NCBI GenBank assembly: GCA_037137535.1
Contig: JBAXKC010000036.1
Location: 1 to 24,455, forward strand
Reading direction: 5' to 3'
DNA: 24,455 nucleotides
Origin: a bacterium
Lineage (GTDB): Bacteria; Cyanobacteriota; Vampirovibrionia; Gastranaerophilales; JBAXKC01
Translations under genes and position numbers: made by a program
Notes under the pieces: model-generated
What the model saw: the letters and a program-made list of their open reading frames with translations, nothing else
Databases searched by the model: none
Told to the model about the DNA's origin: nothing
Shown: piece by piece, positions 1-8,078 of the stretch
Numbering within the stretch: position 1 is the stretch's first letter
Layout of the letters: every line of letters begins with the position of its first letter

Positions 1-38
1 AGCATTATAGACTCTATTTTACTGATTTTGTTTCATTT

Positions 39-233
39 TTAACCAAACAGCTTCTCACTTCTTATTTCTATTCCTCCAATATTTTCGATGACATTATTTA
101 ATTCATCTTTTAAAGAGGTCACTCTCGAGTAATTTTGATTATTTCTCGCAGTTATTGGTTGATTGTTTCCAAAGTTAGTCTGATTATTCTTTTTTAAGCT
201 ACTATTTGGTAGCTTTTGTGTAATATTTAACAT
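39..233 (-). CDS. small hypothetical protein (64 aa) with Asn/Gln-rich N-terminus ending in 'TNFG'
   Basis: ORF track 39..245. The second Met (233) has GGAG 6 nt upstream, so 233 is the preferred start. Lies just downstream of the metallophosphoesterase on the same strand. No recognisable domain. Confidence 0.55.
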   Translation of the reverse strand: MLNITQKLPNSSLKKNNQTNFGNNQPITARNNQNYSRVTSLKDELNNVIENIGGIEIRSEKLFG

Positions 234-263
234 TTTAAACTCCATTCATGATCTCATTAAGTC

Positions 264-1019
264 TTAATTTTTAGGATATCTTTCTGTCGGATTAATAAGC
301 ATTTCAGCTAATTTATCCGCTCCTTTAAAAGGCAATTTTTTTAGTGTATCTGCTACTTTGATATTGTCATATTTTAAAGCTCTGTGAATAACAGTAAAGT
401 CTTTATTTTTAAAATCAGGATAATCTATTACGACATAGCTTGCGTCAGGTATTTCGGTAAAAGGTCGACCCACACTTCCCGTATTTATTATAGTTTTTTC
501 TTTATATTCTATTTTTGCAGGAATATGAGTGTGGCCGCAAAAAATTATGTCCGCTTCGATGTCTTTTAATACTTTTTCAAGTTTCTCCTGAGAAATATCA
601 GGCATAATGTCTTCGTTATTTCTTCTCGGTGATCCATGAACAAAAAGTATTTTTAATAAGCCTATATTCTCAGACAATTGAGGAGGAAGTGTTTCTAAAA
701 AATCTATCTGATCGGTTATTAATAAATCTGTTGCATATTTTAATGCTTCGGTCATTATTTCATTTGGAGGAAAATATTTCTCATCTTGTGTTCTGAAATA
801 ATTTACAATCATTTCATCTGTATTTCCCTGTATTATTGAAACATTATTTTCTTTAGCAAGTTCTCTGATGAAATCAATAGTTTCAGACGGTTCAGCTCCT
901 GCCATTGCTAAATCGCCTAATATATAGATTTTTTCCGCCCCTATTTCTTTTATATCATTTAAGGTTGTTTCAAGAGCGTTTAGATTTCCGTGAATATCTG
1001 AAATTACCGCAAATTTCAT
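264..1019 (-). CDS. calcineurin-like metallophosphoesterase (YfcE/MJ0936-type phosphodiesterase)
   Basis: All family motifs are present: SDIHGN, LGDL, GNTD, VHGSP, CGHTH, NTGSVG. ATG at 1019 has GGAG 6 nt upstream; the track's TTG at 1031 overlaps that SD. Confidence 0.92.
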   Translation of the reverse strand: MKFAVISDIHGNLNALETTLNDIKEIGAEKIYILGDLAMAGAEPSETIDFIRELAKENNVSIIQGNTDEMIVNYFRTQDEKYFPPNEIMTEALKYATDLLITDQIDFLETLPPQLSENIGLLKILFVHGSPRRNNEDIMPDISQEKLEKVLKDIEADIIFCGHTHIPAKIEYKEKTIINTGSVGRPFTEIPDASYVVIDYPDFKNKDFTVIHRALKYDNIKVADTLKKLPFKGADKLAEMLINPTERYPKN

Positions 1020-1050
1020 AAGTATCTCCAAATAATAATGCTTTTTTGAA

Positions 1051-1079
1051 ATTATACCTGTATTTTATAACAAGTTAAA
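1051..1079 (-). promoter_or_regulatory. putative sigma70-type promoter of the metallophosphoesterase
   Basis: Minus strand reads TTTAAC-N17-TATAAT (1079-1074; 1056-1051), about 30 nt upstream of the start codon. The AT-rich background lowers specificity. Confidence 0.4.
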
Positions 1080-1107
1080 TTCTTTGGTTAAGTAGTATAA
1101 AAGTAAT

Positions 1108-1329
1108 TGATCGATAATTTGGGCTGATTTCATACAAGAACTAGGCATAATTTGTTTGAAGCGACTTAAAACTTAACTTAATATTTATTAATAACCACTT
1201 GTTCCTAACTCTGGTTAGTATTTCAATATATATATTGAATCCAAACATTCTCGTTAATTTAATTAATGAATGTTAAATGATTCATAAAAGCCCTCCACTA
1301 ATTTTGACCCTTATAATAGGGTCTTTTTT
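1108..1329 (+). ncRNA. candidate structured small RNA or leader
   Basis: No plausible ORF. Hairpins at 1205-1218, 1222-1239 and 1244-1274; possible closing stem GGGCT(1121-1125)/AGCCC(1289-1293); ends in a terminator-like hairpin plus T6. TATAAA at 1096-1101. The 5' end is a guess. Confidence 0.3.
1306..1329 (+). terminator. intrinsic terminator-like hairpin
   Basis: GACCCT-tataat-AGGGTC followed by TTTTTT. Confidence 0.6.
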
Positions 1330-1415
1330 ATTGTTTAAAAAATCATCACCACATTTAAGCATGAAAAATGAGTATAATATTATTATCAAATAACTTATTT
1401 TTACTCGGAGCTTAA

Positions 1416-1628
1416 ATGTATTATCAAGATGGAGTGGTCTTTGTTGAAAAAGAAGATCAATGCACCTGCTGTAAGAATTATAACCATGGAGTGGCATGTC
1501 CGTTGCTTCATGCATTGGGTTTAGGGGTTGTAACACTTGATGATGTTATGACAGTAAGTAATTGCGGATTTTATGAAGAATTTAAAAGACATTTGAAAGT
1601 TGTACCTTTGAAAAAAGCAAAGAATTAA
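1416..1628 (+). CDS. small Cys-rich putative metal-binding protein (70 aa)
   Basis: GGAG SD at 1407-1410, TATAAT at 1373-1378. Cys pattern C16-T-C18-C19, C28-P, C50, and a basic C-terminal tail. Confidence 0.75.
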   Translation: MYYQDGVVFVEKEDQCTCCKNYNHGVACPLLHALGLGVVTLDDVMTVSNCGFYEEFKRHLKVVPLKKAKN

Positions 1629-1705
1629 TCGAAGTTATATAAAATTTCACTTGCTCCGAGCATTACTGCCTGTTCGCCTTTAAACTTATATCCGTTTTAA
1701 TATTG

Positions 1706-3022
1706 TTACCTGTTTGCGATGTTAATGAGCGTTTGAATTGTTTGGTTATAATCGGCATTATCTGATGTAGACTGCTTTAAAAAGTCATTTATTGTGTCGA
1801 TTAAAGCGATGGATTTATCAATTTTAGGATCTGTTCCTTTTACATAAGCTCCAATATTTATTAAATCAGCATTTTTATTATATGTAGCCATAATATCTCT
1901 TAATTTACCTGCTGCTTTTCTATGTTCTGGAGTCGTAACTTCAGGCATTACCCTACTTAAACTTCCTAATACTTCAACAGCGGGATAATGGTTTTTATAA
2001 GCTAAATCCCTTGATAATATTATGTGTCCGTCTAAAATACCTCTGACAGTATCGGAAATAGGTTCATTCATGTCATCACCTTCTACCAATACGGTATAAA
2101 GTCCTGTTATTGTACCTTTTTCTGCTGGACCTGTTCTTTCTAGGAGTTTTGGCATAATAGCAAAAACTGACGGAGTATAACCTCTTGTAGCTGGAGGCTC
2201 ACCGATTGCAAGTCCTACTTCCCTTTGTGCCATAGCAATACGAGTTAAAGAGTCAAGCATAAACATTACATCTCTACCTGAATCTCTAAAATATTCAGCA
2301 ATACTTGTTGCAACGTTTGCAGCTTTGATTTTAACAAGAGATGGTTGGTCAGAAGTTGCAACAACAACGACAGAACGTTTTAATCCTTCTTCGCCAAGTG
2401 AATTTTCAATGAATTCACGAACTTCTCTTCCCCGTTCTCCAATTAAAGCTATAACATTGAGGTCTGCTGAGGTATTTCTTGCAATCATACCAAGTGTTGT
2501 GCTTTTCCCGACACCACTTCCTGCAAATATACCAACCCTTTGACCTTTACCTATTGTCATAAATCCATCAATCGAGCGGACTCCCATAGATAAAGGGTCA
2601 TGTATTCTTTTCCTTGTTAGCGGATTCAATTTTTCAATTTTCGTAGAATACTTGTTAGAGGTTCTTATAGCTCCTGCATCATCAATAGGCTGTCCTAAAC
2701 CATCAAGAACTCTTCCCAGTAGTTGAGAACCTACTGTAATTTCAAGCGCACCACCTGAATTTATTACTTTTGCACCCGGTTTTAAGCCGTCCATATCACC
2801 TAAAGGCATAAGAAGCACTTTATCAGCCCTAAAACCTACTACTTCTGCCCAAATAACATCTTTTTCGCTACTTCCGTTCTGTATGTGGCATAGGTCTCCA
2901 ATGCTTGAAGAGGGTCCATCAGCCTCTATGACAAGTCCGATAACTTCCACAACTTTGCCTATTGGCTTAAAAGTATTTAGCGTCTCTAATTTTTTTTTGT
3001 AATTGTCAAAGTTAATTATCAT
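1706..3022 (-). CDS. fliI: flagellar export ATPase FliI
   Basis: Walker A GIFAGSGVGKST, ALIGERGREVREF, DSLTRIAMAQREVGLAIGEPPATRGY, ILDGHIILSR. Directly follows fliH. Confidence 0.97.
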   Translation of the reverse strand: MIINFDNYKKKLETLNTFKPIGKVVEVIGLVIEADGPSSSIGDLCHIQNGSSEKDVIWAEVVGFRADKVLLMPLGDMDGLKPGAKVINSGGALEITVGSQLLGRVLDGLGQPIDDAGAIRTSNKYSTKIEKLNPLTRKRIHDPLSMGVRSIDGFMTIGKGQRVGIFAGSGVGKSTTLGMIARNTSADLNVIALIGERGREVREFIENSLGEEGLKRSVVVVATSDQPSLVKIKAANVATSIAEYFRDSGRDVMFMLDSLTRIAMAQREVGLAIGEPPATRGYTPSVFAIMPKLLERTGPAEKGTITGLYTVLVEGDDMNEPISDTVRGILDGHIILSRDLAYKNHYPAVEVLGSLSRVMPEVTTPEHRKAAGKLRDIMATYNKNADLINIGAYVKGTDPKIDKSIALIDTINDFLKQSTSDNADYNQTIQTLINIANR

Positions 3023-3812
3023 TGATTTGAATTTCTTCTATTTTTTCATTGATTCTAATTTCGATTTCTTGTGGTAATTCCATTTGTTCAGTTGCTTTAT
3101 GAGCTTCTTGAATAAATGCTCTGCTAATTTCATTTATTTGTGTGCTGATTCCTGCATCAATTCTTGATTCTACGGATTCTACAATAAAACCGTCAAAAGG
3201 AACGGTTCTATCTTCAATTATTTTAATATTTTTCAGTCCATTGATAGTATCTTTTAAAAATTCTGAATATTGATAAATATGTATTGCATTATCAGGATTA
3301 ATTGTTATTTTTACGTCTTCTTTTTCTTTTAATTCACCGATAGCGGCTTTTACAATATTTAAGATTATATCGGGGCTTACCTCAAGAGTGTTTTTAAGTA
3401 TTTTTTCTGATATTGAAACAGTTAGCTCTACTATTTCCTTTTCTGCCGAAGAGATAATTTCATTTTTAACTTTAAAAGCTGCTCCTGCTAGTACATTAAC
3501 TGCTTTTATCTGATTTGCAAGTTCATTTGATATTTGTTCAAAACCATTTGCGTAGCCTTCGTTGAATCCATTTTGAAGTCCTGCTTCATGAGCTTGTCTT
3601 TGAATTTCTTCAGCTTGTCCTATCATTGCCTGTGATTGACTGGATGCTTCTTGAAGCATTTGTTGAGAATTTTGTTGAGCTTGAGCAATAATACTGTCTG
3701 CCTGACTTCTTGCAATATTTAAGATTTCTTCTTTCTGTAAGTCAGCCGCACTATCTTTGCCAACCACATAAGAACCACCGACTATGACAGCATCGCTTCT
3801 AATCCTACTCAA
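3012..3812 (-). CDS. fliH: flagellar assembly protein FliH
   Basis: GxxxG repeats (AGLQNGFNEGYANGF), coiled-coil N-terminus, FliH-like C-terminus (IIEDRTV...IVES...RIDA), position between fliG and fliI. TTG at 3812 follows AGGAGG at 6 nt and overlaps the end of fliG, so it is preferred over ATG 3827. Confidence 0.9.
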   Translation of the reverse strand: MSRIRSDAVIVGGSYVVGKDSAADLQKEEILNIARSQADSIIAQAQQNSQQMLQEASSQSQAMIGQAEEIQRQAHEAGLQNGFNEGYANGFEQISNELANQIKAVNVLAGAAFKVKNEIISSAEKEIVELTVSISEKILKNTLEVSPDIILNIVKAAIGELKEKEDVKITINPDNAIHIYQYSEFLKDTINGLKNIKIIEDRTVPFDGFIVESVESRIDAGISTQINEISRAFIQEAHKATEQMELPQEIEIRINEKIEEIQINDN

Positions 3813-4833
3813 TGAAGTCCTCCTCATTTGTATCTCTTACGAGTACAATTTCTCCAGTTGCTTCAAGCGCTCTGATAATTGCAACTATCTTTGTCTGACA
3901 TTCTTGAACTTCTTTTGCTCTAACAGGTCCCATATATTCCATATCATCTTTAAGCATTTGTGACGCTCTCTCTGACATGTTTCTGAATACTTTTTCTTTT
4001 ACGTCTGAATTAGCACCTTTGAGAGCCATTGCAAGGTCTTTAACTTCAACTTCTCTAAGTAATCGTTGAATTGATCTGTCATCAAGCATAACCATATCTT
4101 CGAATACGAACATAAGTTCTCTGACTTTTTCAGCTAAACCTAAGTCATAACCTTCTAAGGTTTCCATGATTTTCTTTTCAGTTGAACGATCACTTCTGTT
4201 AAGAATATTAGCAAGAGCATCAACACCGCCTGCTTTTGAGTAATCTTGCGATACAACCGAAGAAAATTTACTTTCAATGATTTTTTCAATTTCATTTAAT
4301 ATTTCAGGGTTAGTTCTATCCATTTCAGCTATTTTCATCGCTACAACCGCTTGAGTTTGGGGACTAAGGTTATTTAAAACCGCTGCCGCCTTATCGGGCT
4401 TTAAATAAGCAAGAATTAAGGCAATAAGCTGTGGGTTTTCATTCTGAAAAGACGTAGCTAGCTGAATCGGGTCAGCTTCATTAAAGAATTGGAAAGGGTT
4501 TGTATGTAATGTTGCCATTAATTTTTCTAGAATTTGTTCGGCTTTTTCAGGGCCATAAGCTTGAACTAAGAGCTTTTTAGCATAACCCATACCGCCATGT
4601 GATAAAAAATTACTTGCTTTAAAAAGGGAATGAAATTCTTCAACTACTTCATCAAGAATTTCTTTTGAAAGTTTTGTCATACTTGCAATATCAAGAGTGA
4701 TTTTTTCAATTAATTCTTCATCGGGTATATTTTTCAATACCTCTGTAGCTGTTGCTGGACCTAGTACAATAAGTAATGCCGCTACTTTTTGAGTAGTGGA
4801 CATATCCGCCATCGCTTTTGGGACTTCAGCCAT
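3805..4833 (-). CDS. fliG: flagellar motor switch protein FliG
   Basis: QKVAALLIVLG, GGMGYA, ENPQLIALILAYL, GGVDALANILN, MFVFED, LDDRSIQRLLREV, NMSERA, MGPVR motifs. Confidence 0.97.
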   Translation of the reverse strand: MAEVPKAMADMSTTQKVAALLIVLGPATATEVLKNIPDEELIEKITLDIASMTKLSKEILDEVVEEFHSLFKASNFLSHGGMGYAKKLLVQAYGPEKAEQILEKLMATLHTNPFQFFNEADPIQLATSFQNENPQLIALILAYLKPDKAAAVLNNLSPQTQAVVAMKIAEMDRTNPEILNEIEKIIESKFSSVVSQDYSKAGGVDALANILNRSDRSTEKKIMETLEGYDLGLAEKVRELMFVFEDMVMLDDRSIQRLLREVEVKDLAMALKGANSDVKEKVFRNMSERASQMLKDDMEYMGPVRAKEVQECQTKIVAIIRALEATGEIVLVRDTNEEDFIE

Positions 4834-4838
4834 CGAAT

Positions 4839-6407
4839 TTATTCCTTAATAAATGTTAATAATAACCTAGCAGCCTCAGACGGGTCGGCTAAAATGATGT
4901 TGTTTATATCCGTCTTCATTTTTTCTACTTCAGGATCTAATTTTGCTTCAATCGCAGGTATAGATACTGCTTCTAATAGATCAGGTTCTCCATCGTCAGC
5001 TTCTCCGTCATCATAACCATCATTATCGTAGACTTCTTCACCTTTAACAGGTTTTCTGATTAATGAATTTAATACAAATAATGCTGTTAATCCTAGAATA
5101 AGAACTACTAAAAGTGGTCCAATCTGTTTAACAATAAGGTCAGTTTGAGAGCTTTTCTCTATTTCGTCCATTAGCTTTTGATTATTTGCTTGAGCGTCTT
5201 CTGCGAATTGCATGCCTGTAACTGTTACTATATCACCTCTGTTTGTATCAGCTCCGCTGGCAGAGATAACAAGATCTCTGATTTGATTTGTCTCTGCAGT
5301 TGTTAAAATTTTATTTAAAGCAACTGCAATAGTAAGCTTTTGAACCGTTCCTGGAGCGTAAACAACCTGCTTCACTTCTTTTGACACATTGAAGCTTTTT
5401 GTTGTTTTAGATTTTACATAATTAACATTTTTACCGTTTCCTGTCTGTACGTTACTCGGAATGCTCTGAATATTTGATTGTTGGCTTCCGTTGTTTCCAT
5501 AATTTTCGGCTTCTGTTTCTGTTCCTGCAAGAACACCTTCAGGAGTATTTGCATCTGTATTTGCAGGTAAATATCTTTCAATAGTGGAGCGGCTGCTGTC
5601 AAAGTTCATTTGAGCGCTGACTTGAACGCTTACGTTGCTTGTTCCAACTATCTTTTCGAGAACTTTTTGAATCTTCTTTGAGGTATCTGTTTCAAAACTT
5701 GTTCTATAATCGGCAATTCCACCGCCCGAGTTATTATTCATGTCTTCAGACAATGGATTTCCAAACTGATCGGAAATAAATACTTTTTCTGCAGTTAAAC
5801 GAGGAACTCCGTTAGCAACAAGGTTTTTAATAGCTTTAACCTGTTCGGGTTTTAGTGTTACACCCGGTTCAAGGATAAGTAATACTGAAGCGGTAGGCGC
5901 TTCATCCTGTTCGCTGAATATAGATCTTTCAGGGTCAGCTATTTGAACTTTTGCTTTTTTTATACCTTTAATTCTTTCAATGGTTCTTGTCAATTCGTTT
6001 TGAAAGATTCTTTGTCTTGTAAGTTTGTTTTGAAAATCTGTTGCACCCAGTTGTAATTTGTCTAAAAGCTCAAACCCTGGGGTACTGTCTTTTATTACAT
6101 CATTTTCAGCTATCATAAGCCTTAAATCTTCTTTTTGCTCTTGTGGAACAAGGATAGATTTTTTATCATCGCTTATTTTATAGGTATAGCCTGATTTTTT
6201 TAAATTCTCTATAACTGCGACAGCATCAGTTTCGCTTAAATCTGAATAAAGAACGCCCCAGTTTGGTTCTGTTGATTTAGCAATAAAATATGATATAGCT
6301 GCAAATGAAATAATAATGAGAGCAAAGATCGCCAGTTTTTGTGGCAGTCCAAGCCCATCCCACAGCTTTTTTAAGTCTTTTAAAAGTAAACCAAAGTGGT
6401 TATTCAA
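4839..6407 (-). CDS. fliF: flagellar MS-ring protein FliF
   Basis: Two TM segments, GFELLD, ELTRTI, PTASV motifs, C-terminal DPSEAARLL. TTG start preceded by GGGGA at 7 nt. Confidence 0.95.
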   Translation of the reverse strand: MNNHFGLLLKDLKKLWDGLGLPQKLAIFALIIISFAAISYFIAKSTEPNWGVLYSDLSETDAVAVIENLKKSGYTYKISDDKKSILVPQEQKEDLRLMIAENDVIKDSTPGFELLDKLQLGATDFQNKLTRQRIFQNELTRTIERIKGIKKAKVQIADPERSIFSEQDEAPTASVLLILEPGVTLKPEQVKAIKNLVANGVPRLTAEKVFISDQFGNPLSEDMNNNSGGGIADYRTSFETDTSKKIQKVLEKIVGTSNVSVQVSAQMNFDSSRSTIERYLPANTDANTPEGVLAGTETEAENYGNNGSQQSNIQSIPSNVQTGNGKNVNYVKSKTTKSFNVSKEVKQVVYAPGTVQKLTIAVALNKILTTAETNQIRDLVISASGADTNRGDIVTVTGMQFAEDAQANNQKLMDEIEKSSQTDLIVKQIGPLLVVLILGLTALFVLNSLIRKPVKGEEVYDNDGYDDGEADDGEPDLLEAVSIPAIEAKLDPEVEKMKTDINNIILADPSEAARLLLTFIKE

Positions 6408-6484
6408 AGCTTATTCCCCAAACCAAGATAATCTAGTAATACTATTGTATTATCTTTTGAAAAAATTTGAAAGGTTTTGTATCG

Positions 6485-7027
6485 CTAAATTTGCATTCTT
6501 GACACTTCTTGATAGGCCTGAAGCATTTTATTTCTTAACTGCATTGTGAATTGCATGGAGGTACTGGCTTTTTCAGCAGCTATCATGACTGTATGAACAT
6601 CAATTTTATCACCCGCAGCAAATCTTTCAGTTAGATTATCCGCTTCATTTTGCATTTTTGTAGTATTAGCTAAATGATTGTTAAGTATATTTGAAAAAGC
6701 ATTTGCTGCTTTTCCGGGGCTCATTCCATCAAGACCATCAATAGAAGGAGTGCTGATATTATTATCGGGCTGATTGAACTGAACTCCGCCCTGTAATGTA
6801 GGGCTTTTTGATGTTAATGCTTTTAAGTCGTCTTGCAATTGACCGTCATTTATAAAGGCGTTCTGGTTGTTATTAAACGCATTATTAATATAATTTTGAA
6901 GCGAAGCAGGGTTATTTTCAATTTTGCCTTGAAAATTCCCCTTTGAAAGAGCGTTAACCTCATTCATCGGATCAAATTTTTTCATATTTATAAAGCTGTT
7001 TATGTCCCCAAGAGGTCCTATTGACAT
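6485..7027 (-). CDS. fliE: hook-basal body protein FliE with long N-terminal extension
   Basis: C-terminal FliE signature DVHTVMIAAEKA...QLRNKMLQAYQEVSRMQI; lies between flgC and fliF. Confidence 0.93.
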   Translation of the reverse strand: MSIGPLGDINSFINMKKFDPMNEVNALSKGNFQGKIENNPASLQNYINNAFNNNQNAFINDGQLQDDLKALTSKSPTLQGGVQFNQPDNNISTPSIDGLDGMSPGKAANAFSNILNNHLANTTKMQNEADNLTERFAAGDKIDVHTVMIAAEKASTSMQFTMQLRNKMLQAYQEVSRMQI

Positions 7028-7041
7028 TTATCTACCCTTTA

Positions 7042-7533
7042 TTAAATACGTAAAGCTGATGCTATCATACTTTTTGTTGTATCAATTGTTGTAACGTTAG
7101 CTTCATAAGCTCTGTTTGCGGCTATCATGTCAACCATTTCAGTTACTATGTTAACATTCGGCATTTCTACATAGCCATCTTTATCAGCATCGGGGTGTGA
7201 CGGATTATAAAGTTTTTTAGTCGGGCTTTGATCTTCAACAATTTGAGAGACATTTACACCTGTAGATACTGATGTTGAATCAGAACTAACTCTTCCCCTT
7301 AACATAGGGTTTCCGCCCATTCGTCCTATTTGAGTTTCGTCAAAAGAAACATCATTATTCATAGCTTTGTTATATTCAGCTGCAAATACGACATCTTTTC
7401 TTCTATATGCGCCAATTGTTCCGTCAGGTTTTCTGGTAGTGTTTACATTCGCCATATTACTGGAGATTGTGTCCATTTTTACTCTTTGTGCATATAATGC
7501 AGATGCACTAATGTTTAAAGAATCAAGACTCAT
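7042..7533 (-). CDS. flgC: basal-body rod protein FlgC
   Basis: ISASALYAQRVKMDTISSNMANVNTTR, YNPSHPDADKDGYVEMPNVNIVTEMVDMIAANRAYEAN. Coupled to flgB by a TAATG overlap. Confidence 0.97.
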   Translation of the reverse strand: MSLDSLNISASALYAQRVKMDTISSNMANVNTTRKPDGTIGAYRRKDVVFAAEYNKAMNNDVSFDETQIGRMGGNPMLRGRVSSDSTSVSTGVNVSQIVEDQSPTKKLYNPSHPDADKDGYVEMPNVNIVTEMVDMIAANRAYEANVTTIDTTKSMIASALRI

Positions 7534-8066
7534 TATGCACCGCCTCCTCTTATTACATCCTGCACTCCTCTAAATCCTTTTTCCATTAATTGAGATAATG
7601 CTGAATATTGTGTACCTGTTTTTACTGATTCGATCATTTCACTTTCAATGTTTACGTTATTACCGTTTTGTTTTTCCATTGCAAACTCGTTATCGGGCAT
7701 AATTTGTGCATTGAAGTCTTTATAATTGTCTTCTAAAAGTTTTGGATTAATGCTGTTTGAGGCGTTAGAGTAATTATCCAGTCCAAGCGTTTGAGCATTC
7801 GGAGTATATTTTAATCCAAGATTTGTAGCGTTTACTTCACGATAATGATTATTCATTGCTATTTGGCTATTTTGAGCTTTAATGTCATCTTTTTCGTACT
7901 CTTTGCTTAATATGCCCTGAAGTTGTCCTTCAAAAGAAACATCAACCCTTTTATATCCAGGTGTGTTAGCGTTTGCGATATTACCTGCAAGTGCTTTGTG
8001 CCTTGCTGATAAGGCATCCATCGCAAGTGCGGTAACATCCATGCTTCTTTTTGAAAGAAAATCCAT
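7533..8066 (-). CDS. flgB: basal-body rod protein FlgB
   Basis: NIANANTPGYKRVDVSF and NGNNVNIESEM motifs; AGGAGG SD. Confidence 0.95.
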   Translation of the reverse strand: MDFLSKRSMDVTALAMDALSARHKALAGNIANANTPGYKRVDVSFEGQLQGILSKEYEKDDIKAQNSQIAMNNHYREVNATNLGLKYTPNAQTLGLDNYSNASNSINPKLLEDNYKDFNAQIMPDNEFAMEKQNGNNVNIESEMIESVKTGTQYSALSQLMEKGFRGVQDVIRGGGA

Positions 8067-8078
8067 TTTTTCTTCCTC

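Noticed and set aside
1-60. Frameshifted continuation of the 64-aa ORF
   Set aside because: The alternative frames hit stop codons within ~40 nt, so there is no evidence for a longer reading frame in the window.
1282-1536. 84-aa minus-strand ORF
   Set aside because: It overlaps the better-supported Cys-rich gene on the opposite strand, has no clear SD, and runs through a terminator hairpin.
1706-8066. Non-flagellar injectisome (SctN/SctL/SctJ)
   Set aside because: FlgB, FlgC, FliE, full-length FliF and FliG are flagellum-specific, and no secretin or needle gene is present.
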